From the NCBI RefSeq assembly GCF_006345805.1, contig NC_043010.1, forward strand, positions 5,518,001-5,582,000: 64,000 bases of DNA, given 5' to 3'. The translations under genes were made by a program, and so were the position numbers. This document shows, in pieces, positions 49,923 to 61,855 of the stretch. Below the pieces are notes generated by a model. It ran no database searches. It worked only from the letters and a program-made list of their open reading frames with translations, and had not been told where the DNA came from. The number at the start of each line of letters is the position of its first letter. Positions within the stretch are counted from its first letter, which is position 1. The DNA comes from Octopus sinensis (lineage: Eukaryota).

Positions 49923-50296
49923 ATATATTTATATATTTAATTTTACACAATGTATCATATAAACTTAAATACATACATGTGTGTATATATGTATACATGT
50001 GTGTGTGTGTGTATGTGTGCTTGCATGTTAACATAATGTGCATTATAATGAGGGAATAAGTATAAAGGCATGGAAAATAGGAAGCTTGAGTTATATATGA
50101 AAATAAAGATGCACGCTAACGCATACATGCACTCACACACAAGCACATTGCATCTCTCTCTCACCAATTCATTGGTCAACTACTGGTAACTATGGTCGTA
50201 TATATTTTTAGGTGTACATGGATGTGGGTGTGAACGTACATCTGAATGTTTGATGGAGATTTTCCTTCTGCTTCCTTCCTTCTAGTCTGACCTCAG

Positions 50297-50338
<42 letters not shown>

Positions 50339-50698
50339 TTGTGTGTGTGAGTGTGTGTGTTTGTGTGTTTTTGTGTGTGTGTTTGTGGTTGTGTGCGTGT
50401 GTGTGTTTGTGTGTGTGTGTGTGTGTGTTTCTGTGTGTTTGTGTTGGTGTGTGTTGTGTGGTGTGTGTGTGTGGTGTGTGTGTGTTTGTGTGTGGTGTTT
50501 GTGTTGTGTGTGTGTGTATTGTGTGGTGAGTGTGTGTTGTTGTGTGTGTTTGTGTGTTTGTGTGTGGGTGTTGTGGTTGTGTGCGTGTGTGTGTGTGTGT
50601 GTGTGTTGTGTGTGTGTGTGTGTTTGTGTTGGTGGTGTGGTGTGTGTGTGTGTGTGTGTGTGGTGTGTGTGTGTGTGTGCGTGTGTGTGTGTGTGTAT
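50297..50698. repeat. Degenerate (GT)n tract, ~400 bp
   Basis: Directly visible; an (ACAT)n field follows at ~51140-51620. Confidence 0.95.
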
Positions 50699-51003
50699 AT
50701 AATTATTAACTTTTCTACCTGACTCCTATGTTTCTCTCCGCTGATTCTGTCAAAGCTGGCTGGAGTATTCACCCAGTCATGTCTTCTCTTCTAGAGGTTT
50801 CTCTATCCATTATCACGGCAGGGAGCTCCTCTCTACACCACCAGTCGTTTCTCTCATAAGAACTTACCATGCATGGGGAAACTCCAGAGTAACAGACCAT
50901 TGAACCATTGATCCAGTCTCAAACTATGCGTGCATGTATCATGTATGTATGTGCATATATATAATGTGTGTGTGTGTGTGTCTTTCTGTCTGTCTGTCTG
51001 TCG

Positions 51004-51066
<63 letters not shown>

Positions 51067-51778
51067 CATAACATACACACACACACCCTGTATTCCCTAC
51101 AGATATAATAACTTTTCATTGGGAACAGACATTCCTAAGCATACACACATGCATGCATACATCCATACATGCATACGTACATACATGCATACGTAATACA
51201 CACATACAAACATACATACATACATACATACATACATACAAACATACATACATATATACATACATACGAACATCCATACATGCATACGTACATACACACA
51301 TACAAACATACATACATACATACATACATACAAACATACATACATACATACATACAAACATACATACAAACATACATACATACATACATACATACGTACA
51401 TTCATACATACATACATTTACATACATACTACAAACATAAATTACATACATAATACATACACGTACATGCATAACATACATACATACACATACATACCAT
51501 ACAGACATACATACAAACATACATACATACATACATACACACATACATACACACATACATACATACATACATACATACATACATACATACGTACGTACAT
51601 ACATACATACATACATACATATTTGCTTCTGTGCTTCCTTTAGCAGTTCAAGCAGAAAAATTCATAATAGATTTTTAAAAATTTGTTTTTATATACACTT
51701 GCAAACATCTATGCTTCAAATGCAGTTTCTCACAATTAACTATTTTCCATTAAAATGCTCCATTCACAGAGATTAGCT

Positions 51779-52189
51779 ATACTCTTTTACTCTTTTAATT
51801 GTTTCAGTCATTTGACTGCAGCCATGCTGGAGCACCGCCTTTCAGTCGAGCAAATCGACCCGGGACTTATCTTTTGTAAGCCCAGAGTAGTACTTATTCT
51901 ATGGGCTCTTTTGCCGAACCGCTAAGTAACGGGGACAAAACACACCAGCATCGGTTGTCAAGCAATGCTAGGGGACAAACAGCAGAAACACCAAACACAC
52001 CACGCATATATATATATATGTACATATATACGAAGGGCTTCTTTCAGTTCCGTCTACCAAATCCACTCACAAGGCTTGGTCGGCTGAGGCTATAGCAGAA
52101 GACACTTGCCCAAGGTGCCACACAGTGGGATGAACCCGGAACCATGTGGTTGGTAAGCAAGCTACTTACCACACAGCCACTCCTGCGCC
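51779..52189 (-). mobile_element. SINE family A with several 1 bp deletions
   Basis: Family A body with shortened homopolymers relative to sister copies. Confidence 0.9.
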
Positions 52190-53562
52190 CATGTTGCTTT
52201 TTATTTCACATGCTAATAAAATTAAAAAATGGTTACTAATACTTGTTTCAAAAATGACAATGGACTGGACATAGAGACAAGAATTAGAAAAAAAATCGTA
52301 AAATTTGTTATTAGGTTTACTAAAAACTTCAGTCAGTAATACAGTGAATTCTGTAAATCTTTTATGATATTGATTGCAGGTTCTTCAACAACTTTTAACT
52401 ATTTATTTTTGAGGTAGGTAAACTGTTATATAAAGAACTTCAGTCAATAAAACAGTCAATTCTGCTGTTTATAAGGTAAATGCTTATAAGGTAAATTACT
52501 TGTTGACATAAGCAATTTTCAGTGTAAATATTAAAAAAAAAAAAACTATCATATAGATATTCCTCGTGGTGAATAAAAATAATTTATCCAAGCCTCTTTG
52601 TTTATGTTTTAGAACATTTTAACTAAAATATTTTACTGAACAGCTATGTTTGAATTTTTTTTTCTTTTTTATCTTGTTTCAGTCATTGGGCTGTAGCTCA
52701 GCTGGGATAGAAACAGAAAAATTTATTAAGAACAAAAATCAGTTTGACATTCCATATTTGCCTAAAATACTACAAGCATGCACAAAAATATTCTCAAACG
52801 TGAGTTTTGTGATTACTCAATCTGTTAGAAATAGCAGCCTAGTCTCATTTAAATCAGTCGGGAATTTTGTTTATGAAGGAGTTTTCTATGTAAACATAAA
52901 TATTGCATAATATATATATATATATATTTATTGTTAATCCAAACATGAAAACACAAAGAGAGAACACAACAACGCGAGGATGTGGAACAAGTATAGTGTT
53001 ATTGGACGCTCAGGAAAGGAAAGAAAGGAGGATTTAAAAATGAAGCAGAGAATGGGTTGGGTGAAGGGTGGCGGGCAGAGGGAGGAGAGGAGGAGGTAAG
53101 CCTGGGGAAATTGGTGGTCAAGAGAGTGAAAGAGGGAGCGGGTGGAATGGATGGTGGCACGGATGAGGAGGTGGGAAGTATATATACTGAGTTTGCAGAA
53201 TACGAAATAAAATACTTTTAAAATAAATGGTTTTAGTTAAATAAGGTTAACAGATTATTTATCAAGTCTTTACTGACAAAAACTACCCCAATTTCAGTAA
53301 AATTTCTGAATCAAAATGACTTAATCGAAAATGCTAATATAACATCAACTTTACTGAAAATGGAAATAGAGGTACATTTGATAACTTTCTAATTCTTTCA
53401 AAAAATTTTCATATTTAAACTGATTATATTTTGTATTAAAGGTAGTATTTTAAATGGACAAATAGTTTAAATTTATAATTTTGCCATCTTGTCATCAGCA
53501 AAGCAACAGGTAACCAGACTAGCAGAAAGAAAAGTTTTACTCATCCTTTTGCCAGTTTATAC

Positions 53563-54084
<522 letters not shown>

Positions 54085-54911
54085 CATATATGATCATATA
54101 TATATTTATATGTATGTATATATGTATGTACGTAATATGTATATATATATATACACACACACATATACATGGATATCTTTCCTTGATATGTATAAATGTA
54201 TGTGTAGTGTTAAGAAACACACATACAGAAGTGTAGTAGAGATGATAAAATGCTTTCAGACACAACTGAAACGCATATCCTAATATACAAATCAAATGCT
54301 TGGCAGACCACTACCTTACATCATTGCATTAAGAGGCTGAAACCTTATATTTTTCCATAGATTTATCTGTAGATTCTTGTTCGCCACTATCCCCTATGTT
54401 GTGAGTCACTTGAAACAATCTTAAAGTCTTGCAGAAAAATATGGATAAGGAAGTATAGAAAGTCCATAAAACAAAAACAAATACTTGTGACTTTGGTGTA
54501 AATTTTGGGTAGAGCTAAAGACTTCAACACTAGTTTAGAAAAGAAATATATATTTACAGAATAAATACAACGTAAAAGAATTGAGTAACTGTATCCTCTG
54601 TGTGTTTTACAAGTGGGATTTAATGTCTGAACGCATATATTTTAAATGCCAGTTCTGAATTTTTCCTCTTCGGGGTTTTGTCATTGGATCAAGGCCCTGG
54701 TTTTTATCTTGATATACAAGTGATGGCAGGTATTATGCAACAATTTATCATGATCATGATTAATTATTACGCAAAAGGCATCCAATGTGGGTTCCTTGTG
54801 TGATATATGGAGATCGTAATGTTTTGCATCTGTGTATATGTAACACACACACACATACATGCACACACATTCATATATACACATACAAATACACAAATGA
54901 ATATATATATG

Positions 54912-54949
<38 letters not shown>

Positions 54950-54963
54950 GAGAAGAGAGAGAG

Positions 54964-55035
<72 letters not shown>

Positions 55036-55039
55036 GAGT

Positions 55040-56285
55040 GTATTTTTCCCTTGTTAACAATTAACACGAAAAAATAGATAAATAGTTACCAGGGGTAGCA
55101 AAATATCTCACAAGTAAAGAGGTTGTAACTCCTTGTTTTTAAAGGAATTTTTTGTATAATATATAAATAAATAAATGGAGTTTAACGCAGGTATAATTCA
55201 AATACTTTTACCTCTGACACATGTTTCGAAGATTTCACTGATATTATTCCAAAGGAATAAATGGTGTAAAACAATGTTATCTTCTCTTCAGAGAAATGAA
55301 AAGATATTTTAACAGAAAATGATGGATATGTATAGTGATTTACTGAACGCTATTAATATTGTTTGAAAAAACGTTATATGATATAACATCAGAAGTAGCC
55401 TATAGAAAGAGGAGGGATATTTTTTTAGTGAATGTTAAATATAAAAAGAAAATTAATGTCTAAATTATATATAATGATAGAGATTCCTTATATGAACTAA
55501 AGGTGTGTTTTTGCCAATGTTTACATCGGTATGCACACTCTATAATCATGTTTACTAGGGGATTTATAGAAAAAAATAATGAAAAATACTTCAGAATTAC
55601 AGAGAAGACAGAATTCCTTGCCTTTATCATAAGGTATCGAGATTGAGAGAATCAACCATTCTAAATTAAATTGTTCATTATGGTCTTTTAGATCCCAAAT
55701 TAATTTACTGAGCCCCATACTGTTACGTTTATTCTTATCCCTAATTGTTGAGTAATGAATAGAAATTCTTTTAGACAACTGTAATGACATGCTTCCAATG
55801 TAAAATCGTACTTTATTATGGTTACTTATTTTACACTGGTATATAGAATTTTTAATTTTAGAGTTACTTGACAAATTTAATTCTGCTGGAATTGACTTCG
55901 GATACAATAACCTTGTTATCAATATTTCTAGAGGGATGTATGATATTAGCTAAATTAATATTAGTATTAGTAAATGTATTAATATTTAACAGGTTGTTAT
56001 TATGTGAAGAGATAATTTGTAAGAGATTTTTTTGTGTTGGAAAAACCAATCCTAACCGTATGTGAATTGATAATAGAGTAATACCTAGAATTCTTTAGAA
56101 AATTCCTAATAATAGCTTGACGAAACAGTAATGGGAAATTAGATTTAATTTGACTCCCATATGGAATAATTAACCAAATATTTTTACTACTATTTATCTT
56201 ATTTTTAGTGTAATTATTTTTGAAAGCCTTACATTTACTTTTAGAATGATAATAAGATAAATAGTAGTAAAAATATTTGGTTAAA
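55040..56285 (-). mobile_element. Penelope-like element remnant (Neptune-like by inference): linker, GIY-YIG endonuclease and 3'/pLTR region
   Basis: NIWLIIPYGSQIKSNF..INSHTVRIGFS..IISSHN linker; NSIYQC..FYIGS..KRISIH..GLSKLIWDLK..LEWLIL..PYDKG..CLLCNSE endonuclease (ORF 55521-55922). Frameshifted, RT missing, truncated by a SINE tail at ~56285. Confidence 0.85.
55210..55297 (-). ncRNA. Type I hammerhead ribozyme, apparently intact core
   Basis: Minus strand ATTTCT-CTGAAGA-GAAGAT..ATCTTC-GAAA-CATGTGT-C-AGAGGT. Stem I 6 bp (2 G-U), stem II 6 bp perfect with G10.1-C11.1, stem III ACA/TGT, GUC triplet. Predicted cut between +55216 and +55215. Confidence 0.8.
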
Positions 56286-57089
56286 TATTGGCTGCATTCA
56301 AATGACTGAAACAAATAAAAGAGTAAAAGAATATATACAAATATATATATATATACATGTACATAAATGTATATTTATGTGTGTGTATACATGCATACAT
56401 ACACATACACACACAGATATACATACATATGGAAAAAGACAAATGGCAAGAGAGCAAGAGATTGATAGATGTATACATAAGTATGTATATATATACATAT
56501 ATGTGAACATATAATATATGCATACATGGGAGGGGGAGGTGTGCTTGTGTATGTGTGTGTGTGTGCGTGTGCGTGTGCATGTGCGTGTGTGTGTTTTAGT
56601 ATATTAAATGCATTGGTGAGCAATAACCTCATTAAGCATCTGATCTCAAAGTGAAGTCCAGTAATCAACAATGGTTGACTACATTTTCAAGGAATCAAAT
56701 AACAGAAAACTTTTGCACACTTGACTTTTTGAAAGTTTGTATTTTGTTCAGCTGAGTTGATACCAACTGTTGGTGCCAGAAATTTGTTCCAATTGTTTGT
56801 GGCTGAGTGCTGGAAGCTTCTGTTTACAGTGAGGCCTTTCGTATCAAGTTTAGGGAATGAATGTAATAGCTTGAATATGCCGGTCCTTGTTCTACTACTA
56901 TTACTACCACCATCCCCACCACCACCACCTCTGCTGCCACCACCATTATTATTATTAACAAACTAGACTCATGTGGTTAAGAAATAAGGAGTCAACTTCT
57001 GTTCTCGCAAACATGCCTGCATCTACGTTAAACTGGCTGAATTGTGAGAGTCAGCAAGAAAATGCATAGTGGCATTTTTTTTTATCCTT

Positions 57090-57325
57090 TATTCTTATTT
57101 CTTTACTACCCACAAGGGGCTAAACACAGAGGGGACAAACAAGAAGAGACAAACGGATTAAGTCGATTGTATCGACCCCAGTGCATAAGTGGTACTATTT
57201 AATAGACCCCAAAAGGATGAAAGGCAAAGTCGACCTCAGCGGAATTTGAACTCAGAACATAGTGGTAGACGAAATACCACTAAGCATTTCGCCCAGCGTG
57301 CTAACGATTCTGCCAGCTCGCTGCC
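57090..57325 (-). mobile_element. Family B SINE, full length
   Basis: Reverse-complement family B body, flanked by ATCCTTTAT-containing repeats. Confidence 0.85.
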
Positions 57326-58038
57326 ATCCTTTTCTGATCCTTTATGTTCTGTTTTCAAATCCCACTAAGGTCAACTTTGCTTTTCAGTATTACATGGTTG
57401 ATACAGTAAAGTACCAATGAAATACTTGGGTAAATCAAATCAATTAAGCCCCTCCCATTAAAATTGCTGGCCTTGTGCCAAAATTTGAAGCAATTACTTG
57501 AAAAATCATCCAAGCAATTAGGGGAATCTCATAAAGGAGAATACAACAGGTGACTTGTAGTTTGAATTGTTCCATAGTCACAGAAAAATGAATCCAGAGT
57601 GTATCCCCTTTTCACATTGGTATCACCGTGTTTTGTTTTATGACTGTTTTCCACTCTAGCTTATATAAGACAAAACTTGTTGGAAGCAGCTGTTCTATGG
57701 TTGGATGTTCTTGCAGTCACCAACCCTTAGCTGATATCCAAGCAAGGTATCATTTTTCATTCCATTGATCCTCACAGGTGCATGGCTCAGTGGTTAGAGT
57801 GTCAGTGGTTGCGAAGTGAACTTTGAAACCACACAGCCATTTATGCACCTCTTCTTTGACCAAATTCGGAGCAGAATTGATTAAGATATTTCCATTCTTT
57901 CATTGTGGAACTTGGAACCTTTCACAAATTTTTCCTTTGGTTCCATCTTCAAATCAAGCATCGGAGAAATATTTACCAGTCTTTCATTCCACAATTTTAA
58001 ACAGGTTGATTTTTTTGGAAATATCTACAAGTCAACTA

Positions 58039-58211
58039 AATGTATATTTATGTGTGCACATACATGCATACACACACACACACAAAGAGGCAAATGGCAA
58101 GAGAGCAAGAGATTGATAGATGCATACATATGTATGTCTATATACATATATGTGAATATATAATATATACATACATGGAAGGGGGAGGTGTGCTCATGTA
58201 TGTGTGGGTCC
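58039..58211 (+). repeat. Local copy of ~56366-56557 inserted between 16 bp direct repeats
   Basis: Shared unique core CAAATGGCAAGAGAGCAAGAGATTGATAGATG..GGGGGAGGTGTGCT. ATCTACAAGTCAACTA (58023-58038) and ATCTATAAGTCAACTA (58212-58227). Confidence 0.8.
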
Positions 58212-58318
58212 ATCTATAAGTCAACTATTTTTTATCTGTGAACGACTTTGATTCCTATTTTATTTGTCTGAACCTTCATATGAAGTTTTAAAAAATTCCC
58301 ATTTTATTTTTATAATTA

Positions 58319-58565
58319 ATTCAGTTGTGTCTGGGTAGAGTCATTTTCTTTTTGTGCCTTATAATGTAACACACTCACTGGTAAAATTTTCGTTGCATCT
58401 TGCAACCTTTTCAATAGTCTTGAGAGTCAAGACTTTTGAAAAGGTTGCAAGACGCAACGAAAATTTTAGGAAAATATAAATAAGAAATAAGTGGAAATTT
58501 TACCAGTGAGTGTGTTACATTATAAAGCACAAAAAGAAAATGACTCTTCCCAGACTCAACAGAAT
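58319..58565. mobile_element. Fully palindromic MITE (3 nt loop) with a ~34 bp deletion in the left arm
   Basis: Centre AGTCTTGA-GAG-TCAAGACT (58416-58434). Outer arms ~58319-58389 and ~58495-58565. Confidence 0.8.
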
Positions 58566-59445
58566 ATGCTTCAACACATGAACTCATATAAAGAATCTTG
58601 CAAAAGCAAATCCAAAAACGAAATATGTTATAATTAAGTTTTATTCAGAATAGTATTTAAAGCTTGTTAAAATATTTTGTGCACTGTAGAAATATAACCA
58701 AGGTATTGCACTTAAATTTTACCAACAAAATCTTTTATGGGCTCACAAAAGCCAAATGGATCCCAGTTGAGAACCACTGATCTACAAATACAGTGGAGTT
58801 TTTTCTTGATTTCCATCAAATTTTTCCCTTCTTTGTGCGTGTGTGTGTGTGGTGTGTGTGTGTGTGTGTGTGTGTGTGTGCATGTATGTGCATGTGTGTG
58901 TGTTGATATCTACATAACATAAGATTGTTCAATGTGGTTCATTCTCTGGTGGCATTATAATTCTGAATTCAGATGGGTTGCAGCTTGCAAACATTTCCAA
59001 GAGTCATATTATTACAATATCCTGTCTCATGCCATGCTAAGCTGTTATTGGCAGACTTTTTCATTATATTTCATCAGCATTTTTTTTTTTTTTTTTGCAG
59101 CCACAACCTTATTCAGCTTCTATAATCTTGAGAGTTATTTTATATCTATACTTTTTATTTTTATTTTACAATTATCAGATTTCTTTTTTTTTTTTTTTTT
59201 TTTATGAATTCAGTAAAGTGAGTTTGGTATGTGAAATATTCATTCACTGCAGACGTGTGTATAGTGTGTTGCTTCAGTCTTTGTAGAAACTGCAGTTCTT
59301 TCTGTAAAGCACCTTGTTTACAATTTCCATCACAAAGCTTCAAATTCTCTGTGTGTAAATAAATATCAGTGTGTTAGTGAGATAGGGAGGATATGTTCTT
59401 CTCACAGCAGGTTGCTATTTATTGTAAGATTTGTATTTGTTTACC

Positions 59446-59478
<33 letters not shown>

Positions 59479-59733
59479 ATATATATGGTATATACAGACA
59501 TACATACATACATATATATATATATATATTTCGTTTTTGGATTTGGTTTGCAAGATTCTTTATGTGAGTTCGTGTGTTGAAGCATATTCTGTTGTGTCTG
59601 GCATGTATGCATGTATATATGTATACACACACATAATACGCACACATACACATACATACACCTATATATATATATATAAACTAAAGGAATTAACATATTA
59701 TATGTATACTCTATGAGTATATGTGTGTGCATA

Positions 59734-60045
59734 TCTATCATAAAAAATCCATTGTGTCTGTCTGTCTGTGTGTCTTCTAGGATCTCGGGCATCCTCCATC
59801 TGATTGCGCTCAAATTTGATATGTAGATACCGATGGTATCAGGGCGTGTATAAAGTCTTGAAAAAATTACAAAAATTGATTCTAGGTGAGAATGTGATCG
59901 ATAAAGTCATGGGAACATGCATTTGTACACACAAGTACATCAGCTGTTGCGATCGATACTACATGTACGCGAGAAAAATACACGTGCAGTTTGCGCAAAA
60001 AAAACCAACTGGCTTGAAATAATGCCACAAAATGCAGTATATTTA
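59734..60045 (+). mobile_element. Helitron-like non-autonomous element, 5' part
   Basis: A|TCTATCATAAAAAATCC then (GTCT)n; homologous to 27900-28132. Confidence 0.6.
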
Positions 60046-60298
60046 AGAGACCAAAAAAGTAAGATGCAAAAGAGATATTTTCTTCAAACTTGGCATGAAG
60101 GAAGGAAAGACTATTTGGTTTCTCAAGAAGTTTTTTTTTTTGCCTTAACTTCGTTTAACAAAACCCAAAATTTTATAGAAATAAAGGCATGCCTAATTAG
60201 TTTTAATGAAAAGAAAATACTAATTGCTTTTTATTCAGCAGATATGATTCAGCACCATCCATTGGTCGGGGGCGGGGGGCGTTTTGCTCATATATATA

Positions 60299-60437
60299 TG
60301 GCCAAGCAGCAGAGTCCAACAGGTTCAGATGACACCATCCTATTCCCATTTAAAATCCTATACCCATTTAACCATTCTGATCTAGATACACAGCTGAAAA
60401 CTTTGAGGAGAGAAGATAGTTGCGAAAAGTCACCCTA
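60299..60437 (+). repeat. 139 bp unique-looking segment duplicated at 62778-62916
   Basis: TGGCCAAGCAGCAGAGTCCAACAGG..AAAAGT(C/T)ACCCTA, about 95% identical. Confidence 0.9.
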
Positions 60438-60556
60438 GTGGGAGAGTAGGATAGAAACAGAAAGAATGAGAGAGACATTACATGTGTCCACACACATAAA
60501 CAGGGAAAGAGAGGAGGGGAGAGACAGACAGAGGGAAGGGAGAGAGACATTGCTGA

Positions 60557-60893
60557 AACCCCCTTCGGTCATAACTGACCATAGGATTGCACCTAGAAAG
60601 TTACCCTCCCAGGCACAAGTCCGGGCAAGGTTGTTTATGGAAGACCAGCAGTCACCCATGCATACCAGCCTCCCCTCTCCATGCCACCAGTGTTATCCAA
60701 GGGAAAGACAAAGGGGCCAATACAGTTTGGCACCTGTAACATCACAACTCATTTCTACAGCTGAGTGAACTGGAGCAATGGGAAATAAAGTGTCTTGCTC
60801 AAGAACACAACATGCAGTCTGGTCTGGGATTCGAACTCACAACCTCACAATCGTAAGCCCGACGCTCTAACCACTGAACCACGTACCTTCAGA
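60557..60893 (-). mobile_element. Full-length tRNA-derived SINE (family E-type head, different body) with 16 bp TSD
   Basis: AGAGAGACATTGCTGA (60541-60556) and AGAGAGACATTACTGA (60894-60909). Related heads at ~35040-35225 and ~63190-63330. Confidence 0.85.
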
Positions 60894-61599
60894 AGAGAGA
60901 CATTACTGATTCATAGGAAGAAAACTGATAGAGAGAAAAGAAACATTAAAGTGAGAGAGATGTTAAAACATTTGATGTTAAAGAAGTGTGTAAAATTAGT
61001 GATGCCAAATAGGAAATGCCAAAATGGTTATGCCAAAATGTCTCATACATGCCAGAAGGTAGTGGTAAACTTGGAAGCTGTTTAATTCTGCCATCCAAGA
61101 AGGCCAAGTCAGGATTTGCACTCAAAATACAAAGAGTTGGAACAGATACTACAAGGTATCCAGTCCAACATTCTTACAGTTCCATCAATTCACGAACCTG
61201 AATTGATACATTTTTAGCAAACCCAGAAAGGATGAAAGCAAAATTGACTGTGGCAGAAAGAATCAGGGTACAAAGAATCCAAACAAATGCCATCAAATAT
61301 TATGTCTGATGCTCTTCAGATTCCACCATTTTATCACTTGGTGGAATTCCACACAGTTTTCATCTACCCAATTTCGTTTAACAAGGCTTGGATTAAGGCA
61401 AAGTCATGGTAAAAAAAAACGCTTATCCTAGCAGTGAATAGTGTTTGCCCAATGCAGACCAGCTTCTCATCCCTCCCCTCTCCCCTCACCCACCACTACT
61501 ACTATCTATGCTGCTGTGTTCAAGATCCCATACTGGGGAAGTTAAACATAGGACATGATGAATGCAAAACAACAATGCTATAATGTCACAAATTTGGTG

Positions 61600-61855
61600 G
61601 TGGCAGTGGCATTGGTAGTGGTGGTTGTGGTGGTGGTGGTTGGTGGTGGTGGTGGTGGTGGTGGTGGTGTTAGTTGTGGTGGAGGTGGTGGTGGTGGTGG
61701 CGGCGGTGGTGGCAGTGGTGGTGGTGGCAGTGGTGGTGGTGGTGGTGGTGGTGGTGTGGTGGTGGTGGCAGGGATGGTGGTGATGGTGGTGGTGGTGGTA
61801 GTGGTGGTGGTGTTAGTGGTGGTGGTTGCGGTGGTGGTGGCAGGTATGGTGGTGG
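61600..61855. repeat. (GGT)n microsatellite
   Basis: Directly visible; a (CAT)n field follows at ~62380-62565. Confidence 0.95.

Noticed and set aside
19796-50920. Other minus-strand GTAAGT/GTGAGT donors (19796, 39645, 44568, 50862)
   Set aside because: No convincing paired acceptor; the expected chance frequency is high over 64 kb.
54620-54680. Second pLTR hammerhead upstream of the Penelope remnant (minus CCGAAGAGG..AAAA..)
   Set aside because: The core has several mismatches and stems II and III cannot be paired convincingly.
59917-60438. 173 aa plus-strand ORF
   Set aside because: It spans a Helitron-like fragment, AT-rich filler and the duplicated 139 bp segment; no domain signal.
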